Source: Lachnospiraceae bacterium
GTDB taxonomy: Bacteria > Bacillota > Clostridia > Lachnospirales > Lachnospiraceae
Direction of reading: 5' to 3'
Assembly: GCA_017524035.1 (NCBI GenBank)
Contig: JAFWUY010000013.1
Span: 1-63,665 of the forward strand
Length of the DNA stretch: 63,665 nucleotides
Numbering within the stretch: the first letter of the stretch is position 1; each line of letters starts with the position of its first letter. Of this stretch, positions 40,603 to 49,276 are shown piece after piece. Position numbers and translations under genes: made by a program. The notes under the pieces are model-generated. The model made no database searches and was not told the origin of the DNA. It saw nothing but the letters and a program-made list of their open reading frames with translations.

Positions 40603-40665
40603 GAAAAAAGTGGGACGGTTCCGGTGTTTCGGTAATGAAACGCCGGAACCGTCCCGCTTTTTTTC
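40603..40665. repeat. REP-like palindrome, copy 2, acting as a bidirectional terminator
   Basis: GAAAAAAGTGGGACGGTTCCGGTGTTTC-ggtaat-GAAACGCCGGAACCGTCCCGCTTTTTTTC between convergent gltX and the GH5 gene. Confidence 0.8.
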
Positions 40666-40677
40666 GGCCAGTTATCT

Positions 40678-42798
40678 TTATTTGTCTTTGGTGTAATCGT
40701 CGTCGCTTAAGACTACATTTTCAAATTCATCGGTATTCTTAAGCTTCTTAAGATTATGGATGTTCATTATTACGATGAGACCGAGCAGTGCCACGGCAAT
40801 TACCAGGAGAGTGACAAGCAGCCCGAGGCTGATTCCCTTCTTCCCGGAGGGATTATTCGGGTTGGTGTCAACGGGATTGCCGTCCACGATATTTGCTGCG
40901 GTGGGATCTGCTGCGGTATTTGCAACGACTACTGTAGTATCTGCAGGGGGTTCCGCAGTTGAAGGCTCAGTGGTTTCTGTGGTTTCGGGAGCGGTTTCAG
41001 CGGGTGTGTTTTCATTGATAACGGGCTCCGGTGAATTGCCGGAATGATCCGAAAGGCTTATGCCGTTTGCTCCGAGTGCAACCTCATGGTCGAGGCTTAT
41101 GAACTTGCCGTCATCCGTCTGCCAGAGAACAGGCTTTACAAGTGCGTATTTTTCTTCATCCCATGTCTTAAAGTCATCCTTGACCAGTCCGCCGGTATCT
41201 CCCGAGTTTGCATTGAAGCACCAGAATGTGTGATGAAGGTTTTCCTGACCGATGAGGTCCCTGATATATTGCATCCATTTGAGGTTATCGCCCTGCATGA
41301 AGCCGCCCCATTCTCCGATAAGTATGGGTGCGATCTCATCCTCTTCTATATAGAGCCAGTAAGGATGCCATGCATCATTATAGAGGGACTGGAATGTAAA
41401 TCCGCCGGAAAACCAGGGCTGTTCATATACGAGCGGACCGTAATCGTGAGGAGAGTAGACTATCTGTCTGTTCCTTGCTTCGCTTCCGAAATCAATGGGG
41501 TAATCCTTGACCGCCATAAGATTTCCGCCCCACCATGTGTTGTAATAATCGGCATCATTTGTTGAAGTGAAATCGTTTGATCCCGGATTGATGGGATATA
41601 TCTGTATTCCTTCTATGACAATGAGAGCGTGGGGATTGATATCAAGTATTGCATTACCCGCTTTTTCGGCAACTCGTTTCCAGTTATTCTTATCATCCGA
41701 ATTGTTCCATATCGCATGGGTCTGTTCGCTTGCTTTTCCGTGAGGCTCATTCTTAAGGTCGTATGCGATGATGGTATCGTAATTCTTGTATCTTTCGGCT
41801 AACCATTTAAGTGCTTCGATATACTGTTCCTCAGAGATCTTGTCCGTATACCACACGGGGTGGTTGTGTCCGGATGCATCGGTATTGGCTGAGTGTATAT
41901 CAACCATAACCTTGATGCCGTTCTGCTCACAGAGAGTAAGAACGTAATCGAAGATCTCTAGTGAGTTCAGTGAATTGAGATTGCCGTTATATGCATGATT
42001 GTAATTGGCAGTGGGATAGTTTCCTTTCTTCCACTCGAGAAGAAGCTCTGCTGACATCGGTACTCTGAGCAGATTGAAGCCGTGGTCCGCAATGGCTTTG
42101 ATCGAGCTTTCAAGCTCGGCATTCCAGAGACCGTCGAAAAGGTTTGTTCCCGTATTGTATCCGAACCAGTTACATCCGGTGAGCCATACCTCGTTTCCGT
42201 TCATATCGATGATCTTTGCACCCTGTGTTGTCAGCCAGTCATCGCCTGCCGTTCCGTAGGTTGATACGGCGGGAGAGGAGAACTTAGGCTTAGCGGATGA
42301 GTTCTGATCGTTATTTCCGTTATTGTTCTGATTGTTGTTCTGGTTATTCGCATTATTGTTGTTATTATTTGTGTTTCCGCTGTATGTGCCCGAACCGGAA
42401 ACACTGACAACGGATGCACTTGAAAGACCTGAACCGGAGACCTGGATACCGACATTGGAATTAAATCCCCATGAATTGGCACCGTTTGCATTCACGACAG
42501 CGGTGACCTGCTTTCCGTTTGCGGTATACGAATCAAAGCCCCAGCCGGAAGGGGAGTTTACATTGCTGTTGAATTCGACCACGACCGTGATGGTCATATA
42601 TCCGTCGCATCCCGAAAGGTCGAAGGATATCTGCCCGCCGCTTCCCCACAGATTTGTCTTTACATTCTTTGCCTCGGGAGTTCCCGCAGCCGAGGTTCTG
42701 CCGCCCGTGATATAGGGAGATACGGATATAGTAAGTGTGATCACGGCAAGGATGATCACAGCAGCCTTTGATAATTTTTTCCTGATAAAAAAAGTCAT
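40678..42798 (-). CDS. Membrane-anchored GH5 endoglucanase with a CBM-like N-terminal domain and Asn-rich linker
   Basis: Signal peptide; WLTGCNWFGYN, AYDLKNEPHG (acid/base), VYSPHDYGP, ILIGEWGG (nucleophile), FWCFNANSGDTGG; P/T/E-rich stalk and C-terminal TM helix. Confidence 0.92.
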   Translation of the reverse strand: MTFFIRKKLSKAAVIILAVITLTISVSPYITGGRTSAAGTPEAKNVKTNLWGSGGQISFDLSGCDGYMTITVVVEFNSNVNSPSGWGFDSYTANGKQVTAVVNANGANSWGFNSNVGIQVSGSGLSSASVVSVSGSGTYSGNTNNNNNNANNQNNNQNNNGNNDQNSSAKPKFSSPAVSTYGTAGDDWLTTQGAKIIDMNGNEVWLTGCNWFGYNTGTNLFDGLWNAELESSIKAIADHGFNLLRVPMSAELLLEWKKGNYPTANYNHAYNGNLNSLNSLEIFDYVLTLCEQNGIKVMVDIHSANTDASGHNHPVWYTDKISEEQYIEALKWLAERYKNYDTIIAYDLKNEPHGKASEQTHAIWNNSDDKNNWKRVAEKAGNAILDINPHALIVIEGIQIYPINPGSNDFTSTNDADYYNTWWGGNLMAVKDYPIDFGSEARNRQIVYSPHDYGPLVYEQPWFSGGFTFQSLYNDAWHPYWLYIEEDEIAPILIGEWGGFMQGDNLKWMQYIRDLIGQENLHHTFWCFNANSGDTGGLVKDDFKTWDEEKYALVKPVLWQTDDGKFISLDHEVALGANGISLSDHSGNSPEPVINENTPAETAPETTETTEPSTAEPPADTTVVVANTAADPTAANIVDGNPVDTNPNNPSGKKGISLGLLVTLLVIAVALLGLIVIMNIHNLKKLKNTDEFENVVLSDDDYTKDK
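42300..42378 (-). repeat. Asn/Gln low-complexity linker (NTNNNNNNANNQNNNQNNNGNNDQN)
   Basis: AAT/AAC-rich tract inside the GH5 gene. Confidence 0.75.
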
Positions 42799-42869
42799 AA
42801 TTTTTCACTCCTTTTATACCTGCAACATATATATTTTACTATTTATAAACTTTATTGAAAAACGTAAAT

Positions 42870-44705
42870 TTAACTAAAATTAATCAATGTATTTAAAAAC
42901 CTGCTTGGTACATATTTTGTATTTTCCGTCTGTTTGATGTAAAAAATGTTAAGTTCGGATATCGCCCTGGTCATTGCGACATAGAAAATACGTCTTTCTT
43001 CGTCAACAGTTTTTTCATCAGGCATTCTTCCGTGAGGAATGATCCCTTCGTTGCAGTCGGGAATCCAGACTCTTTTGAATTCAAGTCCCTTGGAAGCATG
43101 GACCGTCATGAGATTAACGGCATTTTCGCGGTTTTTCTTTTTGGCTTTCCCAAGATCATCTTCGTATCGTTCTTTAAGCTCAAAGAATTCGTTGAATGAA
43201 CGGGAAACGGAAGCAAGCTCGAGTGCTTTATCAAGTAAAACACAGTATTCTTCCGCCTTTTTTGTATTGCCTGCCGCAAGACTCCGGATATATTTTTCAT
43301 ATCCGGCTTTTTTGTAAAGATATTCTATCGCATAGGAAGGCGAAAGTTTTTTCATAAAGCTTAAGTCTTTTTTCAGTTCCCTGAGATTATTGATCTTGAC
43401 AGATGAATTCTTAATTCCCGGATTGCAGGTTATCCTGCGTATGATATTATCGATATTTCCATCACTTCCGATAATGCATTCGGTATTGATGTAACGCTGT
43501 GGCTTGTTGATGATCTCTTCAAGATCGTATGCATCACCGCAGCCTGATGCGAGCTTCATATATGAGATGATCTCTTTAAATATGAAATGCCCGTAACAGC
43601 TGTCGGTTTTTTCGCGGATGATATACGGTATGTCACGAGAGGTCAGATAAGAGGCAAATCCCTGCATCTCGAGATTTGTCCTGAAAAGGACTGCATCGGA
43701 TGATGAACCTGCCGAGTCTGCGATCTTTTCGTATTCGGCAATCCGATCATCAAATCCAAGTATATTAACCATTCCTTCCTTTTCGGAAGATGAGATCAGT
43801 TCTTTATTTATTCTGTCTTTGCCTTCCTCAATGACTGAAAGCGATGATCTGACTATCCCCGCGTCACTTCTGTAATTGGTATCAAGATGCAGTATTTTCG
43901 CATTCATTTCGGATACATATTTTTTTAAGATGCCGGGCTCTGCCCCACGGAAACCGTAAATGGACTGATCGTCATCACCAACGGCAAACACTTCGGTTCT
44001 TTTTCCGGAAAGCAGTTTTACGGTTTCGTACTGGACCGGATTGATGTCCTGAAATTCATCAATGAGTATCCGGGTGAATCTGTTTTTCCACTTTTGGGAA
44101 AATGCCTTATCCCTGATCAGTAATTCCCTGCAGTCATAAACCATATCGTCAAAATCCATCTGGCACGTTTTCTTCCTGACGGCTTCATAGTATCCGAACA
44201 TTTCACTGAAATGAGGTCTGCACTCTTCAGGTAAAAGGAGGGCGGATTTTTCCGTATCAAGAGTGTTTTTGTAATATGTAACGGCTGAGCACAGACTGCT
44301 TACCGAAGTTTTGTTCTCAAGCACATAATCCTTACCCATGAACTTTCTGAGCACACTTCCCGCCATCTGCGATCTGTTCTTTTCGAATATCAGTATGGGC
44401 GAATCGTTTCTTTTATACTCGGTGATCATATGGTAGAAGATGGAATGGAAAGTGCCGAAAGCCACGGGATAAAATCCATCGGACATTTTACCGAATCTTC
44501 TCTGCATGGACAGCGCAGCATCCTTGGTGAAGGTTATGACAAGAATGGAAGAGGGATCGATCTTCCTTTCTTCAATTAAAAAAAGAATGCGTGCGGTCAT
44601 TGTATGAGTCTTGCCGGATCCCGGCCCCGCCGCAAGAAGAAGATTACCGCCCATAAATGTTGCTGCGGCATATTGCTGATCGTTAAGAGATATATCTTTG
44701 AACAT
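42870..44705 (-). CDS. UvrD/PcrA-like SF1 ATP-dependent DNA helicase
   Basis: AGPGSGKT, LIDEFQD, VGDDDQSIYGFRGA, NYRS, TVHASKGLEF, EERRIFYVAMTRA; ATG at 44705 after GGAGG. Confidence 0.93.
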   Translation of the reverse strand: MFKDISLNDQQYAAATFMGGNLLLAAGPGSGKTHTMTARILFLIEERKIDPSSILVITFTKDAALSMQRRFGKMSDGFYPVAFGTFHSIFYHMITEYKRNDSPILIFEKNRSQMAGSVLRKFMGKDYVLENKTSVSSLCSAVTYYKNTLDTEKSALLLPEECRPHFSEMFGYYEAVRKKTCQMDFDDMVYDCRELLIRDKAFSQKWKNRFTRILIDEFQDINPVQYETVKLLSGKRTEVFAVGDDDQSIYGFRGAEPGILKKYVSEMNAKILHLDTNYRSDAGIVRSSLSVIEEGKDRINKELISSSEKEGMVNILGFDDRIAEYEKIADSAGSSSDAVLFRTNLEMQGFASYLTSRDIPYIIREKTDSCYGHFIFKEIISYMKLASGCGDAYDLEEIINKPQRYINTECIIGSDGNIDNIIRRITCNPGIKNSSVKINNLRELKKDLSFMKKLSPSYAIEYLYKKAGYEKYIRSLAAGNTKKAEEYCVLLDKALELASVSRSFNEFFELKERYEDDLGKAKKKNRENAVNLMTVHASKGLEFKRVWIPDCNEGIIPHGRMPDEKTVDEERRIFYVAMTRAISELNIFYIKQTENTKYVPSRFLNTLINFS

Positions 44706-44707
44706 AA

Positions 44708-44763
44708 AAAGCCTCCAGGAAAAGAAGCCTTCTCCGGGGGCTTTGTGTTTACTCACTATATCA
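44708..44763 (-). promoter_or_regulatory. Extended -10 (TGaTATAGT) plus 5'-UTR hairpin enclosing the helicase SD
   Basis: On the - strand: AAAGCCCCCGGAGAAG-gctt-CTTTTCCTGGAGGCTTT then TTATG. Confidence 0.55.
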
Positions 44764-44823
44764 TATGTGTATATAATAGAAAAGCTTTTGTGACCAAGTT
44801 AGTACATTCATGAGGGAGTATCT

Positions 44824-46707
44824 ATGTTCTGTTCAAAATGCGGAAGTGAGTTAGAAGAAGGGGAGCTTTTCTGCGGAAACTGCGGTACACCGGTTTCGGA
44901 AAAGTCCGTTTCACCGGAAAAGGAAGAATCGCCTGCCGGCGGAGCCGAAAATCCTGTCAGCGGAGGCGAAGCTTCCGACAGCGTGTCTGCTAAAAATGTC
45001 GGCAAGAAGTGGAATATGACCGCCGTGGTCATTGCCGTTTTTTTCATATGGCTTCTTTTGATGGCAGGCTTGGCCTTTATGATCTATTCGATCGTCATGA
45101 AAGCTTCCACCATGAGGCTTTCATCATATATCGGCGATGTGACGCTTACAAACGAAAACGGTAAAGTTCTCGAACTTAAGGAAGATAAGAGGCTCTTTGG
45201 CGGTAATGAGCTAAGTACGGGAAAAGAAAGCAAAGCCTATGTGCTCCTTGATGAAGACCGTTTTGTGACGCTGATGGAACGAAGTACCGCTGATTTCATA
45301 CAAAGAGGGGACAGCATAAGTATTTCTCTCGAAGAGGGAGACCTGTTCTTCAACATCGCCAGGGATCTTGAAGGGGATGAATCCTTGGATATATCAACAT
45401 CCACCATGATCATCGGTATTCGCGGAACATCGGGTTATGTCAGGGAAAATGAAGACGGATATCCTGTTCTCTACATGACGAGCGGAAAAGTAATGGTTTA
45501 TGCAGAAGATCCGTATTCCGGCAATACCGACCAGCGAAAGATCAGAGCCGGCCAGAAGCTTACTGTCATCATCACAGACGGTGAGATTCAGATGATAGTG
45601 GAAGATATCACAGAGAATGATCTTCCAGAAGAAGCATTGTTTGAAATTGTTTCCGATGATTCTCTTTTTGATGAAGTCATTGAAGAGACCGGCTGGGATG
45701 AAGAGACTCTCAGTTATCTGTATGATTCATATATATACGGCATAAAGGATGATGACACAGAGCCCGATCCGGGTGTCGCAGTAGGAAAAGCCGAAGAACT
45801 GGTCGGGACTTGGAGGCTGGATAAAGAATTATCCGACGATGTTAAAGCGGCCCAGAAATATCTATATTTTTACGATGATCTGACCGGAAGTGCATATTTT
45901 ATTATCAATGATTCAATAGAGGAATTTAATTTTGTATGGAGCTATGTCGAAAGCACGGGACTGGTATCGATCGACTGTGATGATAATACACATGACGCTG
46001 CAATCTTTTATTCTGACGGAAATCTGATCTGGCTGAGCAACGTATTTAATAAGTTCAGTTCGGATCCTGATATGGAAGACGCAGAGCGGACCAACAATAT
46101 TGTCGGAACCTGGATGCCCGAGTCGGGAGAAAATACTGAAATTTATAGTTTCAGTTTTGATAATACTAATTCCGGTGTTGTCACCACATTAGTCGGTGGA
46201 GCCTATGTGGAAATAAAAATATCTTGGTTTGTTACGCTTTTGCCTGATGTATTCCTTTGCAATATCGCTCCGGAACAATATGTGACAGGTCTGGATACTT
46301 CTAAGTTTTATGTATGTTGTCAGTCGGATAAGATATTCTATGATGGCTGTATCTTTGCAAGATCATCTGTATCAGATGGCCCTTCGACTGCTGACATAGA
46401 GGTTCCTGATTCGTATGCTGTGTGGACATACGGCGACTATGAGTATTATTCATCCTGGAACGGTGATTACACAGATCCCGCAACCGGAGGAACTATAACT
46501 CTCTATATAGGGCCGCCTGCGGGAGCCGGAACAGGCAGCGGCTGCGGAAGAATGAATATAGATGGAGCTAATTCAGCTGTTTCGTATTACGGAGACGGTA
46601 TGTTTACCCCGTATGACAAAGACATGTATTTCTGGCTGATTGATGAAAATATCATCAAGGTACAATACCCTGATGATCCGAATGTATATTTTTACGAGAG
46701 AAACTGA
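44824..46707 (+). CDS. Zinc-ribbon / TM / FecR-like domain protein with C-terminal beta-rich repeats
   Basis: CSKCG..CGNCG; TM around aa 66-92; ELSTGKESKAYV..L and DISTSTMIIGIRGT FecR-like motifs; LVGTW / IVGTW repeats. Confidence 0.75.
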   Translation: MFCSKCGSELEEGELFCGNCGTPVSEKSVSPEKEESPAGGAENPVSGGEASDSVSAKNVGKKWNMTAVVIAVFFIWLLLMAGLAFMIYSIVMKASTMRLSSYIGDVTLTNENGKVLELKEDKRLFGGNELSTGKESKAYVLLDEDRFVTLMERSTADFIQRGDSISISLEEGDLFFNIARDLEGDESLDISTSTMIIGIRGTSGYVRENEDGYPVLYMTSGKVMVYAEDPYSGNTDQRKIRAGQKLTVIITDGEIQMIVEDITENDLPEEALFEIVSDDSLFDEVIEETGWDEETLSYLYDSYIYGIKDDDTEPDPGVAVGKAEELVGTWRLDKELSDDVKAAQKYLYFYDDLTGSAYFIINDSIEEFNFVWSYVESTGLVSIDCDDNTHDAAIFYSDGNLIWLSNVFNKFSSDPDMEDAERTNNIVGTWMPESGENTEIYSFSFDNTNSGVVTTLVGGAYVEIKISWFVTLLPDVFLCNIAPEQYVTGLDTSKFYVCCQSDKIFYDGCIFARSSVSDGPSTADIEVPDSYAVWTYGDYEYYSSWNGDYTDPATGGTITLYIGPPAGAGTGSGCGRMNIDGANSAVSYYGDGMFTPYDKDMYFWLIDENIIKVQYPDDPNVYFYERN

Positions 46708-46723
46708 CGGAATCCGAATTGTT

Positions 46724-46797
46724 AATACAATCCCCCGGCTTGCGATATATGACATTTTCCATATGATATATATTGCGGGCAAAGGGGGATTTTTATT
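46724..46797 (+). terminator. Long imperfect hairpin after the FecR-like gene
   Basis: ATCCCCC/GGGGGAT outer stem, 13-bp inner stem with three G-U pairs, followed by TTTTATT. Confidence 0.6.
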
Positions 46798-46819
46798 GTC
46801 TGAAAATTGCCGTTTTTCC

Positions 46820-46848
46820 TTGTTAATAGTGCGAATTTGCGATATAAT
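46820..46848 (+). promoter_or_regulatory. Putative promoter TTGTTA-17-TATAAT for the glgX-like operon
   Basis: Hexamers at 46820-46825 and 46843-46848. Confidence 0.6.
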
Positions 46849-46874
46849 TTATGGGATTATGGAGAAGTTTGCGA

Positions 46875-48695
46875 ATGAATAGGAACAGTTCCAATTTCAT
46901 ATTCCCCCTGATCACTCAGGTGACCGCGTCAGGTGTGCGTTTCTGCCTTGAAACAAGCGCTTCCGATTGCGGTATCGTCCTTTATGACAGAAAGTCCGGG
47001 GACGAACTCGGAAAGATAGCTTTTGATCCTTCCGACCGGATAGGAAATCTTTATTGCAAGACTGTTCCGGATATCGATCCCGCAAGGACTTCATACCTGT
47101 ATTACATCGGAAATAAACTATTGTCCGATAAAAGGGCGCTCAGCCTTCTTCCTTCGGATCATTACGGCAAGGAATTAAAGGAGCCGTTAAAGGCACTTAT
47201 ATATGATGAGGATTATGACTGGGAAGATGATGTTTTTCCCGCTCTTAAGTACGAGGAAAGCTTCTGGTATCTTCTTCATGTAAGAGGTTTCACCAAGTCA
47301 TCAAGTTCAGGAGTAAAGGGAAAAGGGACCTTCGAAGGCATTCGGGAAAAACTCGATCATCTTCAGGAGATCGGCATCACTACCGTAGAGCTTCAGCCAG
47401 CTTATGATTTTGAAGACTGGGACGAGGAAACCAAGAGACTGAATTACTGGGGATACAAGCCCGGATTTTATTACGCACCCAAGGCGGCTTATGCCCATTC
47501 CAAGGATCCCGTCAGGGAGTTCAAGGATCTTGTTAAGGCGCTTCATAAAAGAAATATGGAAGTCTGCATGCAGTTTTATTTCGAAGCAGATTTCCCCGAA
47601 GCTGAGATTCTCGAGATCCTCAGGTACTGGGTAGTCAATTTCCATGTAGACGCTTTCCATCTTATGGGTATGAACATTCCGATGAACCTCGTTGCATCCG
47701 ACCCTATGCTGGCCGGAACCAAGATTCTTTCGGATCATCTCGAGAGCGTCAGATTTGACAATATCAGAAAGCCCGGAGACAGAAGAGTTGTCGGTTACTA
47801 TTCCGACGATTTCCAGTACCCGCTCAGAAAGCTGCTTAAGAGTGACGACGGCCAGGTTTCCGATGTGCTCGCCCAGCTCCGTTCCAATCCCGAGGATAAC
47901 GGAAGGATCAATTTCTTTTCAAGCTACCGTGGGTTTACTCTTATGGATATGGTCAGCTATGACCGTAAGCACAATGAAGAAAACGGTGAGGACGGAAGGG
48001 ACGGAAGTGATTATAACTTCAGCTGGAATTGCGGCGAGGAAGGTCCCACCAGAAAAAAGAAAGTAAAGGAACTCAGGGAAAAGCAGATACGCAATGCATA
48101 TTCCCTCCTAATGCTTGGTGCCGGTACTCCTCTGATCTTTATGGGTGACGAATTCGGTAATTCCCAGAAGGGCAACAATAATCCTTACTGCATAGACTCT
48201 CAGGTCACATGGCTTGACTGGAAGGATGAGGGCAGAAATCCGGAATTAACCACATTTCTTAAAAAGCTTACCCTGCTCCGTAAAAGCCATCCCGTATTCA
48301 GGAGCAATAAAGAGCTTTATATGACCGATACTTCGGGAACGGGATTTCCCGAGATCAGTTATCATTCGGACACCGCATGGAGAGTTTCGGCCGAGTACTA
48401 TTCCAAATCATTCGGCATCATGTTCTGCGAAAAAGACGGTAAGCTCTTATATGCCGCAGTCAACATGAACTGGGAAAATACGAAGCTTGCCCTTCCCAGA
48501 CCTCCTAAAGGATCCGACTGGAAGATGATCCTTTCAACAGACCTGGTGCTGACGGACAAAAAGGCTTCGGGCCCGGATGCAAAGAATGCATCAAGGGATC
48601 AATTTGAAAAAGTAATACCCGGCAGGACCGTCGTCTTTTACGAGACATACAAAACGGAAAACAAAAAGCCTGTCGCAGAGAAAGCAGTTAAATGA
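46875..48695 (+). CDS. GH13 GlgX/isoamylase-like protein lacking canonical catalytic residues
   Basis: YLLHVRGFT, GITTVELQP, NYWGY, GFTLMDMVSYDRKHNEENGE, SWNCGEEG, GDEFGNSQKGNNNPYC are retained; GH13 regions I-IV are degenerate. Confidence 0.85.
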   Translation: MNRNSSNFIFPLITQVTASGVRFCLETSASDCGIVLYDRKSGDELGKIAFDPSDRIGNLYCKTVPDIDPARTSYLYYIGNKLLSDKRALSLLPSDHYGKELKEPLKALIYDEDYDWEDDVFPALKYEESFWYLLHVRGFTKSSSSGVKGKGTFEGIREKLDHLQEIGITTVELQPAYDFEDWDEETKRLNYWGYKPGFYYAPKAAYAHSKDPVREFKDLVKALHKRNMEVCMQFYFEADFPEAEILEILRYWVVNFHVDAFHLMGMNIPMNLVASDPMLAGTKILSDHLESVRFDNIRKPGDRRVVGYYSDDFQYPLRKLLKSDDGQVSDVLAQLRSNPEDNGRINFFSSYRGFTLMDMVSYDRKHNEENGEDGRDGSDYNFSWNCGEEGPTRKKKVKELREKQIRNAYSLLMLGAGTPLIFMGDEFGNSQKGNNNPYCIDSQVTWLDWKDEGRNPELTTFLKKLTLLRKSHPVFRSNKELYMTDTSGTGFPEISYHSDTAWRVSAEYYSKSFGIMFCEKDGKLLYAAVNMNWENTKLALPRPPKGSDWKMILSTDLVLTDKKASGPDAKNASRDQFEKVIPGRTVVFYETYKTENKKPVAEKAVK

Positions 48696-49264
48696 GTTCT
48701 TATATTCAAAGATTTATAGGTCATTTCATGACCGTCGCAAAGCATAAGAAGCTTGTGTGTGAGGGATGCTTTAAAGCAGGATTGTATTATCAGGGCATCG
48801 TGCACGATCTTTCCAAATACTCACCCACGGAATTTCTCGTCGGTGTCAGGTATTATCAGGGGACAAGAAGTCCCAACAATGCCGAAAGGGAAGAACACGG
48901 ATATTCCGCGGCATGGCTCCATCACAAAGGACGCAACAAGCATCATTACGAGTACTGGATCGATTACAACACCAGGGGCAAGGATCCCGGTGAGGATGTT
49001 ATGATCCCCGTTGAGATGCCGTACAGATACTTTGCGGAGATGGTGATCGACCGGATAGCCGCTTCAAAGGTTTATAAGGGTAAGGATTATACGGACGCAT
49101 CGCCTCTTGAATATTTCTACAGCGGAATTGAGATGGTGCCCATGCACCCGAATACGAGGCGGGATCTTAGGAAGTATCTCAAATTCCTTGCAAAGTACGG
49201 CGAGGAGAAAACCTACAGACTTATAAGACATGAAATGTACAAAAGATACGGATTTCATTTTTGA
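48692..49264 (+). CDS. DUF5662-like His-rich protein
   Basis: HDLSKYSPTEF, AWLHHKGRNKHHYEYW, EMVIDRIAA. Confidence 0.75.
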   Translation: MSSYIQRFIGHFMTVAKHKKLVCEGCFKAGLYYQGIVHDLSKYSPTEFLVGVRYYQGTRSPNNAEREEHGYSAAWLHHKGRNKHHYEYWIDYNTRGKDPGEDVMIPVEMPYRYFAEMVIDRIAASKVYKGKDYTDASPLEYFYSGIEMVPMHPNTRRDLRKYLKFLAKYGEEKTYRLIRHEMYKRYGFHF

Positions 49265-49276
49265 AAAGAGGAATAA

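Noticed and set aside
40603-46800. GH5-helicase-FecR block as a genomic island or defence locus
   Set aside because: It is somewhat AT-richer and differently oriented, but has no integrase, att repeats, nuclease partner or tRNA anchor.
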